In this document: positions 37,098-46,032 of the stretch, one piece after another
How positions within the stretch are numbered: position 1 is the stretch's first letter
Layout: each line of letters opens with the position of its first letter
IMG/VR virus record: IMGVR_UViG_3300033149_001838
Location: 1 to 53,092 of that record
Source of the DNA: a virus
Lineage: Duplodnaviria; Caudoviricetes
DNA: 53,092 bases
Reading direction: 5' to 3' (one strand)
Notes under the pieces: model-generated
The model's input: the letters and a program-made list of their open reading frames with translations, nothing else
Databases searched by the model: none
Told to the model about the DNA's origin: nothing
Program-made: the position numbers and the translations under genes

Positions 37098-37658
37098 TTA
37101 ATGATAACTCAGGTCAAGACGTCCAAGAGGTGCATCTAACCATGTGGCGTTAGATCCGTCACTTGACTGGTACTGAAGGACCTCAAGTATCATATTCCCC
37201 TGCCACCAGTCTTCAATATTTAGTGCAAGTCCACCATCAGGTCTAATCGTGCACTTCGGAATGAGATACTGCATATCTCTACCAATATTAGTATGTACAT
37301 ACACAATAGCAGATCCATCATCGGTAGTATCCTGCATGACTTTAAGGACACTTCCAGTATTAGATGCCAAGAAGTATTTCTTCAGGTTATTAACGTTCAT
37401 CTCATCAAATGTGAAGGACATAGTGAGAGAAACAGTATTTTCAACAGTTTTATCTTTAATACGTTTACCGTCAGCCGAAACCCAATGATCGACATAGGTA
37501 ATGTCAGGCGTAAACTCCCCAGCAACTATATTGCCCAGGCTGTTATTATCATTACGGAACTCTAAGGGAGAAGCATCAAGAGACGCATTCCCAACAGTAC
37601 TGTTCCAATAAAGATCAATCCCAGAGATTGTGTAGTTGCCTGTATCAACAGTAGCCAT
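37098..37658 (-). CDS. Major tail (tube) protein
   Basis: LGNI...FTP....H...KDKTV....LTMSFTFDEM...NL..YF and IPKCTIRPDGGLAL..EDW pattern of siphophage tube proteins; no other tube candidate in the tail module. Confidence 0.72.
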   Translation of the reverse strand: MATVDTGNYTISGIDLYWNSTVGNASLDASPLEFRNDNNSLGNIVAGEFTPDITYVDHWVSADGKRIKDKTVENTVSLTMSFTFDEMNVNNLKKYFLASNTGSVLKVMQDTTDDGSAIVYVHTNIGRDMQYLIPKCTIRPDGGLALNIEDWWQGNMILEVLQYQSSDGSNATWLDAPLGRLDLSYH

Positions 37659-37672
37659 TCAAATCAACTCCT

Positions 37673-38566
37673 TTAATGTGAATTAATAATCCACTTATAC
37701 TTATATATTTCAATAGGACATTTGCCTATATATTCAAAAAATGTAGATAAAGAAGAATACGGTATATTAATCGTAAACCCTTTGTATTTTTTTGCTTTTA
37801 TTCCTATAGAGATAAATTTGCTGACTAGAAAATCAACATCACCCTCCGTAAAAGAATTAGTAGCAAATGTTATAGTAGGATTCTCCTTTTTATCTTTTCT
37901 TCTATTGAGACTTCCATCTCCTAGATACCACTGTCGTACCAATACAGGAGACAGTGACAGCGTTTTGGGCACCAATTTCTTTTTATTGACGTAGAATAAG
38001 TCATAAATCTCTTTTAACTCAGGATAAGTCCTAGTAGCAAAATGATAGACCGTAGCATTACCAGTCTTTTGCACATAAATCGGCTTCCCGATAGCTTTGA
38101 TATTATATCTCTTAAAAGTATCTATCAACCAATAAAGATATTCTATATGTTTATTGCCATGCTGATAGAGTGCTGTAAATTTACTGTTACTGACTAACGT
38201 ACCGTCACCTAACAGTTCTCCATATATAAAATCCCTTATATATGAATCTAAATAACAGGTATTTCTAGTTGACAGAAAGACCTGCTCGTCTTTGTCTCTA
38301 ATCGGAATATTGTATTTATATAGCCAAGTACAGATTGTACTTCTTGCTACTGATAGAGATAGTGCTATTTCTCCAGCACTTAATTTCTCAGTTACATACT
38401 TATTTTCCAACCACTCTTTATCAGTATATTTTGGAATTTTCTTGATCTTATGTCTATATAAATAAGATATCAATGCAGCTTTAGATATACCTAATAATTT
38501 TGCTACATCTTCTCTAGATTTATTATTACAGATATACTCTTGATAAATTAGTGTATCTCTATCCAT
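37673..38566 (-). CDS. LAGLIDADG homing endonuclease with N-terminal HTH repeats
   Basis: FIYGELLGDGTL and WYLGDGSL motifs, ATNSFT. Confidence 0.88.
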   Translation of the reverse strand: MDRDTLIYQEYICNNKSREDVAKLLGISKAALISYLYRHKIKKIPKYTDKEWLENKYVTEKLSAGEIALSLSVARSTICTWLYKYNIPIRDKDEQVFLSTRNTCYLDSYIRDFIYGELLGDGTLVSNSKFTALYQHGNKHIEYLYWLIDTFKRYNIKAIGKPIYVQKTGNATVYHFATRTYPELKEIYDLFYVNKKKLVPKTLSLSPVLVRQWYLGDGSLNRRKDKKENPTITFATNSFTEGDVDFLVSKFISIGIKAKKYKGFTINIPYSSLSTFFEYIGKCPIEIYKYKWIINSH

Positions 38567-39743
38567 TATAGAGCAATTTATCTATATCGTTATTCCCATA
38601 CTCAAATACTGATAGCTTATAGATATCTTCTGGTATTTCTTTTCTATTTACTTTTAGTAACTGAGCAAACAGATTTTCAATTTTCCAGATGTAGTTCTCC
38701 ATTACCAGTTCTTTTCGCTTCTTCTTAATCGACTTCATGATATCAAGATAAGCATCTTGCAAATGACTAGTATCACCTATCCCACTGATATCATCAAAGG
38801 TGAATCCAATGTTATGTTTGTCTACGTATTTCTCAGTTTCGGGACACCAACAAGCCAGAGAAGGCAGTCCAGCCATTAAGTATTCAAACATTTTATTGGT
38901 TAGTGTCAAATTCACTTGAGCTTGTTTTCCGTCTTTGTTGTTAAAAACTACAATGCCATATTTGTATTTAGTTAGTGCTGGCATTAGATCATCATAATCT
39001 GTGGGGGGATATACAACAGCCCCCATATTCTGAAAGGTCTCATATGCTGATAAATTGCCACAATACATATGAACTTCGTTACCCATCTCAATAATCTTTT
39101 TTAGTATATCATGAATATCCCTATAAGGAAACAAAGTGTTTAGCTGTACCTCATTAGGAGGATTAGCTCCACCTTCGTACACCAAGTTCTGCCTATTTGG
39201 TATTAAATTTTTGTCATACTCAACAATATCTTTATTACAGTAAGAATACAACTGTATAGTAGGAACAGATATCCTCAAAATTTTATTTACGTACTTCTGA
39301 ATGGGCTCAGAGACATAGATTAGACCATCAGCAGCATTTAGCATTTCTAACTCATCGGGAGGACTGAATCCTCTCCTAATTATTTCTAGGTCATGGCAGT
39401 CTACCAGAAGTCTAACTTTATCCTGCATGTCCATAGCATTTATAACTTCTCTAATCCACGCAGCAGGTTGGTGGGGCTCATTATCCCAGGTGATAGCCCT
39501 AACACCTAATTTGATATAATTAGCAACTGCATTTTGCAACTGCTGTTTACTCTGCCAGATTGTATAGGTCTCATACTCGTTAGTCCCATAAGCTACTTTA
39601 GACCCCATTCCATGAATCTCATAGCCTATTTTTCTTAATGCTCTAGTTTTTTTAATGCATCTAATACAATGGTGTGCTGCCACTTCTAGCAACTTCACAG
39701 GATTCCCCTTCTCATCCAAGATTGGTTTATTGTAGTCAGTCAT
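38559..39743 (-). CDS. GT-B glycosyltransferase (GT4-like)
   Basis: DCHD, ADGLIYVS, LVYEGG, TNKMFEYLMAGLP. Confidence 0.82.
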   Translation of the reverse strand: MTDYNKPILDEKGNPVKLLEVAAHHCIRCIKKTRALRKIGYEIHGMGSKVAYGTNEYETYTIWQSKQQLQNAVANYIKLGVRAITWDNEPHQPAAWIREVINAMDMQDKVRLLVDCHDLEIIRRGFSPPDELEMLNAADGLIYVSEPIQKYVNKILRISVPTIQLYSYCNKDIVEYDKNLIPNRQNLVYEGGANPPNEVQLNTLFPYRDIHDILKKIIEMGNEVHMYCGNLSAYETFQNMGAVVYPPTDYDDLMPALTKYKYGIVVFNNKDGKQAQVNLTLTNKMFEYLMAGLPSLACWCPETEKYVDKHNIGFTFDDISGIGDTSHLQDAYLDIMKSIKKKRKELVMENYIWKIENLFAQLLKVNRKEIPEDIYKLSVFEYGNNDIDKLLYNG

Positions 39744-40796
39744 TTATAAATTCCTCAGTTCTGTAAGTTTACAACCTGTTTGATTATGCACTTTTTTATG
39801 GCATTTACTGCAAAGAGTTACACCATTATCAATGTCAGCACTCATAATGGGCTCACAAACCACGGGATCAATATGATGTGCTACTAAGTTATCCTTACTA
39901 CCACATATCTGACAGGTATAGTTGTCTCTAGCTTTGACTATATTAGCCCACTCAGTCTGATGAGGTCTTTTTGTATTAAACCCTTTAGGATATTTACTTC
40001 GATTATAAATACTACAACTACGTTTACATTCAGTAGAACAATAAAACCTACTACCACCACCATTATTAATCGCCATATACCTTGCACTAACAGCCCGTTT
40101 TGTAGGAATAAACCATTTCTGACAATTAGAGCATCTAACTTGTAAATATCCTTCTTTTGTTTCTCTAGTCTCTTCTATAGGTTCTAACAATGAGGCATGA
40201 ACAGAATATACACTTTTTCTAACCTCTATACCTAAAACCTCAGCATTCATTACAACATCCCTACATTTATAACATCTACTACCGCTACTAAAAATATCCC
40301 AGGTAGTCTCTAGAATATGTCCTCTGGTACATCTAACTATCAGCTTATTCTTTGCAGATACATATGTTTCGGAGAGCAATGTATAGTTCTGAGATTCAAT
40401 ATAAGCTCTAACATAGTCTATGTCAAGTTGGGATTTACCTACACAGAAGGGACACCTAAATCCATGCTTAAAGTTATCCCAAGTTACTTTATAAACATGC
40501 CCCTTGTCACATTGGATTTTTAATTTATCATAACGTGCATTATGATACACATCTGACAAACAAGTATACCCAAAAGAACTCACGTATTGTTTTACATCAG
40601 ATATAGTTTTATACCTACCAGCACAATAGGGACAGCGTTTGCCCGTCTTGAAATTTCCAAACTTAACCTCATATTCATGCCCCTGTGAACACCTAACTAA
40701 TAGCTTGGTTCCGTTATTAACATATTCTTTACTTAATAACTTGTATCCTTGAGACTCTATATAGTTTTTTACATAATCATAAGTTAGTTTCTTCAT
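39744..40796 (-). CDS. Zn-ribbon repeat HNH endonuclease (3 repeats); no leader structure
   Basis: Same architecture as the paralogs; CQICGS..AHHIDP..NGVTLCSKCH. Confidence 0.9.
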   Translation of the reverse strand: MKKLTYDYVKNYIESQGYKLLSKEYVNNGTKLLVRCSQGHEYEVKFGNFKTGKRCPYCAGRYKTISDVKQYVSSFGYTCLSDVYHNARYDKLKIQCDKGHVYKVTWDNFKHGFRCPFCVGKSQLDIDYVRAYIESQNYTLLSETYVSAKNKLIVRCTRGHILETTWDIFSSGSRCYKCRDVVMNAEVLGIEVRKSVYSVHASLLEPIEETRETKEGYLQVRCSNCQKWFIPTKRAVSARYMAINNGGGSRFYCSTECKRSCSIYNRSKYPKGFNTKRPHQTEWANIVKARDNYTCQICGSKDNLVAHHIDPVVCEPIMSADIDNGVTLCSKCHKKVHNQTGCKLTELRNL

Positions 40797-40815
40797 AATA
40801 TTTTCAATACTGCCA

Positions 40816-40956
40816 CTAACTTTCTTTTGATTTTTTAAGTTCTTCTAGCTCCTCCATTAAGAGTCTAATTTGTACCCTCATATTAGCAATAGCCATCAGT
40901 TGTTCGCCTATAATTTTCTCTATCTCTTTAGTCATATATTCCTGTTCTTTATTCAT
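40816..40956 (-). CDS. Small coiled-coil protein (46 aa)
   Basis: Not in ORF track; MNKEQEYMTKEIEKIIGEQLMAIANMRVQIRLLMEELEELKKSKES; AGGAG RBS. Confidence 0.6.
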   Translation of the reverse strand: MNKEQEYMTKEIEKIIGEQLMAIANMRVQIRLLMEELEELKKSKES

Positions 40957-40965
40957 ACTAATCTC

Positions 40966-41859
40966 CTATGCAGATCGCTTTTCTTTTATAGCCGCCATCT
41001 TCTTATCTCTGACACGCTTGGTCTCAATAAGATCTTCAACAGAAAGCCTCTTCATCTCTGCCTCATGAATAAGCTTAGGATCTTTCGGGTCATAGTCATC
41101 ACCACTATGTGTTTTACTAGAGCTAGTAGACAACTCGGACTGTTTTGTACCTGTACCCTCTGTATTAACAGATGCTTCTACCAGATTTTCATTCTCTTCT
41201 GCTGATAAGAACTCACTTACATATTCATCAACCGTCTTTTCATCAACAAGTTTGCCCTTATCATTATATTTGAGATACACAAACTTATCTAGATCTGCAT
41301 CATAGGTGAAATCACCTCTTAATAATCTGACTATCTGATTTGTATTAAGTGCTTTATTTTTTATAGCTACTCTAGCAATCTCATTTTCCAGTTTAGCTTC
41401 ACGAAGAGAACTAATATGTTGCTCTTTCTTCTGAAGTTCACTTTCTTTTTCCTCCAGTTTACTGGAAAGACTCTGAGTCTCCTGTTCCATCTTATGCTTA
41501 AGTCTATTAAATTCCTTCTCATACTCAATTTGCTTTCTCTCCCACTCAGAGGCATTCTTGAGTTTCTCCTCTTCCTCTTTCTGCTGCATTTCTTCCCTAA
41601 AAGACCGAAGTTCTTTCAACTCCTCCATCATAGTTTCAACATCGGCTTTATCAGGAATACCCTTCAACTGTTCCTTAAACTGATTTAGTTCTTCTTTAAG
41701 CTTACGCTTATCTTTCTTAACAGTATCACGCTGCGAAATAACTTTTTTGAGTTCATTCCTTAGAAATTCAGCCTCTTCTTCTGGATCTTTACCATCTTTC
41801 TGAATCTCGTCTCCATTCTCAGTAGAATCCTCTACTATTTTTCCTTCTTTATCTTTCAT
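40966..41859 (-). CDS. Capsid scaffolding protein
   Basis: Acidic coiled coil (KLKNASEWERK), low-complexity GTGT linker and short C-terminal helix; lies between portal and capsid. Confidence 0.8.
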   Translation of the reverse strand: MKDKEGKIVEDSTENGDEIQKDGKDPEEEAEFLRNELKKVISQRDTVKKDKRKLKEELNQFKEQLKGIPDKADVETMMEELKELRSFREEMQQKEEEEKLKNASEWERKQIEYEKEFNRLKHKMEQETQSLSSKLEEKESELQKKEQHISSLREAKLENEIARVAIKNKALNTNQIVRLLRGDFTYDADLDKFVYLKYNDKGKLVDEKTVDEYVSEFLSAEENENLVEASVNTEGTGTKQSELSTSSSKTHSGDDYDPKDPKLIHEAEMKRLSVEDLIETKRVRDKKMAAIKEKRSA

Positions 41860-41879
41860 ATCTATTATCCTCCGATAAC

Positions 41880-42677
41880 TTATTTAAAAAAAGTGTTGTA
41901 GGTTATGCTTGAATCAAGCAATTCAACAGCTATATTCCTCATTTCTCCATTCAAATCATCTAAACTAAACTTCTGTTTACGTTGTGAAAATGGATTAACA
42001 CTATAAATATTACTAAAGGGATCTGGAGAGGCATTAACTTTTGCCCCTAAATATAATTTAATATTACTGATATTTTCATTGAATCCCTCTAGACCTAAAA
42101 ATGTAAATAACTCACTGTATACATCTATATTGTCTATTTCGCTAAATTTAAGTACTCTCCATTTGTCCTCTTCAATATTATCAATTAAGTTAGTATAAAT
42201 ATAATCATTCTTAACAACCCAATACCATATACTTTTCACAGCGGGGGGTAATCTTTTCCAGAATTTATTGATAGGGTCCTTTGCTGAGGGAGTTAAAGGA
42301 TTAGATAGAGCATGATGTCTATTAGTAGCATAAAATCCTCTAGCCAAAGCACTCATTACAAATTCTATTGGATCTCTTACACTAAAAATATAGTTAGGTT
42401 TAAAATAATTATTAATATCTTTATGTTTTGGTAGAAAAAAGAGATGATTAGAACTTTCACCATATATTAGATCTGTTTCATTTACAGCTTTTAATAGTAT
42501 GGAAAAAATAGTGAAATAAAACTCACAATCTATATTATACAATATCTCACTCATATTAGCATAAGATACATCAGATTTTTGGAACACACATTTTGAATTA
42601 GTAGCCTCATTAAAAACTTTAGACATCAACTGTGTACCACATCTACCAGTTCCAATACAAAAATAGGGTTCTTTCAT
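41880..42677 (-). CDS. PAPS-dependent sulfotransferase-like protein
   Basis: IGTGRCGT (5'-PSB loop) and VRDP..S (3'-PB) motifs. Confidence 0.75.
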   Translation of the reverse strand: MKEPYFCIGTGRCGTQLMSKVFNEATNSKCVFQKSDVSYANMSEILYNIDCEFYFTIFSILLKAVNETDLIYGESSNHLFFLPKHKDINNYFKPNYIFSVRDPIEFVMSALARGFYATNRHHALSNPLTPSAKDPINKFWKRLPPAVKSIWYWVVKNDYIYTNLIDNIEEDKWRVLKFSEIDNIDVYSELFTFLGLEGFNENISNIKLYLGAKVNASPDPFSNIYSVNPFSQRKQKFSLDDLNGEMRNIAVELLDSSITYNTFFK

Positions 42678-42681
42678 TCAC

Positions 42682-43302
42682 TTACCTCGGATTTCGTACT
42701 AGGAAATTAATAGTAGAGAGTTCAATAGTATAAAAAAATGTAAAAAATAATCTTGATATTTCCTCCTTAGTATAAATACGGAAATGATAATCATTGGTAG
42801 CTGTTGTAATACACTTTTGACGATCCTCTTCAGATGATGCTATATAAGTTGTGCCAACAAGTACACCAGTAGATGTTAAAACTCTAGAAATTTCACTAAT
42901 AACTTTGTACCCATCCTCCAGAGTAAAATGCTCTATAACTTCCATCAAAAGAACCACATCAACTGAGTTGTCCTCAAACTCTAGCTGCCTACAATCCATA
43001 CACTTAAAAACAACATTTTCTTTTGGATTATTATCATTACAAAACTTTATAACTTCTTTACTATTATCAATACCATAAACTCTATCTGCTTTATCACTAA
43101 CAATATTCACTCCCCAACCTAGCCCAGAACCTACATCTAAAACTGTTTTACCATCACATAGAGATAATACATTAAGGTACCTACTTAACATTACCCTGAA
43201 ATAACCAGATTTTTGAAAAATAGGATTATTAGGAGCATCTCGTTCACCAACTAAATTACTAGCTACAGCGACTTTATAAGACTCATCAGATAAACCTAAC
43301 AT
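42682..43302 (-). CDS. Class I SAM-dependent methyltransferase
   Basis: RY...VLDVGSGLGWG, GIDNS, EVIEH. Confidence 0.88.
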   Translation of the reverse strand: MLGLSDESYKVAVASNLVGERDAPNNPIFQKSGYFRVMLSRYLNVLSLCDGKTVLDVGSGLGWGVNIVSDKADRVYGIDNSKEVIKFCNDNNPKENVVFKCMDCRQLEFEDNSVDVVLLMEVIEHFTLEDGYKVISEISRVLTSTGVLVGTTYIASSEEDRQKCITTATNDYHFRIYTKEEISRLFFTFFYTIELSTINFLVRNPR

Positions 43303-43303
43303 A

Positions 43304-44836
43304 CTATTCTACCGTTCTATGAGAAGATTGTTCCTTCTCATTATCCATAGTTGTTTTGTACACATTTTTTTCTAGGTTACTATTAGGATTACCCTCACCT
43401 TCATCAAAATACTTTTTGTCTATTTTATTTAAAGGCTCCACAATTCCATCACTGTTGTCAATCTCAGTTTCAATCTCAGATCTAATGTTCTGTGGAGTGG
43501 TCGGAATCATCTTACGCACAATATTTTTCTGTAGAGTCTTATTCAAGAGAGGACTAAAATTTCTTTCCATCACAGTCATATAGTTATTCAATTCATCCTC
43601 TAAAGCTAAAATATCAAAACTAGAAGGATACTTAACTTCTTCTAGGGTCTCCGGGTCTTTATTTAGTTGCAATAATGCTAATCTAGACAAATCATTCTCA
43701 AATTTTTCATAACTTGCACTTTTATTGCTCAATGCCGCATTTACACTGGTAAATGACATCTGAGATTGCCTTCCAGACCTAGAACTGTACAAATCAGACG
43801 TTCCACCAGTTAGGTTAGCGAGCCTGAAACATTCTTTGACTAGATCCTGCACCAACTTCCATACTGTATGTATTATCTCAGAATCCGGGGATATGTACTG
43901 AGGTGGATGAGAACTCTCAGAATCAAATGTCCATACCGAGGAAGTTCCTAATTGTATCAAAGGATTACTGCCACTTTCAGCGGCCTCACTTAAACTGCCA
44001 TTATCGGGAACTACCAACTGAGAAAATGCTTGCCTGGCTATACTCTCAGAGATCAGTGAACAGAAATTCATAATCTCTCTATTAACATAAACAATATCCT
44101 TTATCAGGGACTCCCCTACTTTATTATCACCATAATTACTGCCATGATACATTGTGGCTATGGGAACTATACCAAGAGCATTCTTACCCTTAGCTGGTCT
44201 TCCATCATCAAATTGTACTAACTGCCCATCTTCATCCTGGATTTCCCAACTATCTGTAGTAATAAGCTTGTAATGAGTCTCTACCTCTCTGTCTTTTGTA
44301 GGGTCTAAATCTCTATAATACGTAGACTCAATAATAACCCACCTGAAATTACCTTCAGAATCCAGAGACCAATCTACTAATTGAGTGGGAAAAATAAGAC
44401 TTGCATAAGGATAAAGATTTAATTTTTTAGCAACTGCTTTAGATAGCCTCTTTTTGGGGGATGGCGGAACATCTACCATAGCGTGAATGACACCAAAGAC
44501 AGAGGCAAAATATCCTGCACGCTTTACAAAATCAGAGATATTTGTACCTCTATTATCTGCATTCAGGCGAAATCTTGCCAAATCAGAAGTGGGTGCTCTT
44601 TCTATATTAGACTTAAATATGTAGTTATTTAGAATAGAGGGTAGGAGGTCGCACAAGTTGAGAAAATAGGCACGACTTAATCTATCAGAAAAATCAGTGC
44701 TATCTTCCAATCTATGGGAAAATAAATTATCATCAGTGATAAAATCATCCCCACCTTTGGCAGCATCCTGATACAACTCCCATAAATTAACATTATCATC
44801 ATATAATGGATGTGACCTATCACTCAGTTTTGCCAT
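43304..44836 (-). CDS. Portal protein
   Basis: 510 aa after the terminase; HPLY...W....GG, RL.RA, LGIVP, SG..S motifs of SPP1-like portals. Confidence 0.88.
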   Translation of the reverse strand: MAKLSDRSHPLYDDNVNLWELYQDAAKGGDDFITDDNLFSHRLEDSTDFSDRLSRAYFLNLCDLLPSILNNYIFKSNIERAPTSDLARFRLNADNRGTNISDFVKRAGYFASVFGVIHAMVDVPPSPKKRLSKAVAKKLNLYPYASLIFPTQLVDWSLDSEGNFRWVIIESTYYRDLDPTKDREVETHYKLITTDSWEIQDEDGQLVQFDDGRPAKGKNALGIVPIATMYHGSNYGDNKVGESLIKDIVYVNREIMNFCSLISESIARQAFSQLVVPDNGSLSEAAESGSNPLIQLGTSSVWTFDSESSHPPQYISPDSEIIHTVWKLVQDLVKECFRLANLTGGTSDLYSSRSGRQSQMSFTSVNAALSNKSASYEKFENDLSRLALLQLNKDPETLEEVKYPSSFDILALEDELNNYMTVMERNFSPLLNKTLQKNIVRKMIPTTPQNIRSEIETEIDNSDGIVEPLNKIDKKYFDEGEGNPNSNLEKNVYKTTMDNEKEQSSHRTVE

Positions 44837-45920
44837 TCATTTCAACTCCTATTTTCCTCAAATCACTATACCTACACCCATCCTCAGAATGTACTCTTTT
44901 ATGACAATTACTACATAAAGTTATGCCATTATCAATATCAAGGGATTGTACAGGATCACATATAACAGGCTCAATATGGTGAGCTGTTAAATTATTCTTA
45001 CTACCACAGATCTGGCAGGTATGGTTATCTCTAGCTTTGACTATATTAGCCCACTCAGTCTGATGAGGTCTAGACTGATTGGGGTTCATCCCTTTGGGGT
45101 ACTTGACCTGCCCGTATACAGGACAGGCTTGTTTACATTTATCTGAACAGTAGAATCTATGCCCACCATGTGAATTTATAGCTTTAATTCTGTTACAAAC
45201 CATATCTATAGTAGGCACGAGCCATTTTTGGCAGTTACTGCATCTAACTTCTAGGTAGCCTTCTCTAGTCTTTCTAGTTTCTTCTACAGGGTGTAATCTA
45301 TCAGCATAGGTGTCGTATAGGGGAATATTTTTATTCCTAACTCCTCCCTTCCATGAGGGATGATTAGATCCAGATTTGGCACACACCGGACATCTACGTC
45401 CTTGCTGAAAGACATTAAATTTAACTCCATACTCATGTCCTTTTGGGCACTGGACTTCGAGTTTTGTATGGTTGTTCTTGTACTTCTTACTGATTAGTCG
45501 ATATCCCTGAGATTTTATATACTCCTTTACCTCAGAATAAGTTTTTCTAGCACAACCAGCACAGTGAGAACATCTAACCCCATGTCTGAAATCGCTCCAA
45601 CGAACATTATAAATATGTCCAGAAGGACATAATAATTTCAATTTAGTAGCATTGTTAATATAAGAATTAGATATTAATTGATAGCCTTGAGAATTTATAT
45701 AATCCTTAATAGTATCATAAGGCACTCTTTGTGACTGCCTCAGACAGTATGAACATCTTGTACCATAATTAAAGTTCCCAAATGTTACATACCACTTATG
45801 CCCTTCTGGACACAATAATTTTAGTTTAGTGCCCATATTAATATAAGAATTGGATAATAATTTATAACCCTCTTTCTCAATTACAGATTTAACATATTCA
45901 TAGCTCAGTCTTTTAGACAT
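44820..45920 (-). CDS. Zn-ribbon repeat HNH endonuclease (3 repeats)
   Basis: Same architecture; start placed at ATG 45920 by RBS spacing (the ORF-track GTG at 45929 lies in the RBS). Confidence 0.9.
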   Translation of the reverse strand: MSKRLSYEYVKSVIEKEGYKLLSNSYINMGTKLKLLCPEGHKWYVTFGNFNYGTRCSYCLRQSQRVPYDTIKDYINSQGYQLISNSYINNATKLKLLCPSGHIYNVRWSDFRHGVRCSHCAGCARKTYSEVKEYIKSQGYRLISKKYKNNHTKLEVQCPKGHEYGVKFNVFQQGRRCPVCAKSGSNHPSWKGGVRNKNIPLYDTYADRLHPVEETRKTREGYLEVRCSNCQKWLVPTIDMVCNRIKAINSHGGHRFYCSDKCKQACPVYGQVKYPKGMNPNQSRPHQTEWANIVKARDNHTCQICGSKNNLTAHHIEPVICDPVQSLDIDNGITLCSNCHKRVHSEDGCRYSDLRKIGVEMNGKTE

Positions 45921-45927
45921 AGTATTC

Positions 45928-45997
45928 ACCCCCTACTGGGATTAAGTGGTGGGGGTGAGTAGGCACCCCCTACGAAGATGATCAGTCTTCTACCACT
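45928..45997 (-). ncRNA. Structured 5' leader, copy D (no promoter of its own)
   Basis: AGTGGT-A-GAAGA CTGATCA TCTTC-GTA-GGGGGTG CCTACT CACCCCC-ACCACT-TAATCCC-AGTAGG-GGGTG. Confidence 0.8.
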
Positions 45998-46032
45998 AAA
46001 TTTTTTGAGTATCTGTCTCACCTTGCCAAAGA

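Noticed and set aside
45974-45990. CTGATCA in the leader, and CTGATGAG near 39957 and 45060, as hammerhead ribozyme cores
   Set aside because: CTGATCA is in a hairpin loop and is not conserved in copies B and C; no correctly placed GAAA or stem arrangement. The CTGATGAG hits are antisense to HNH codons.
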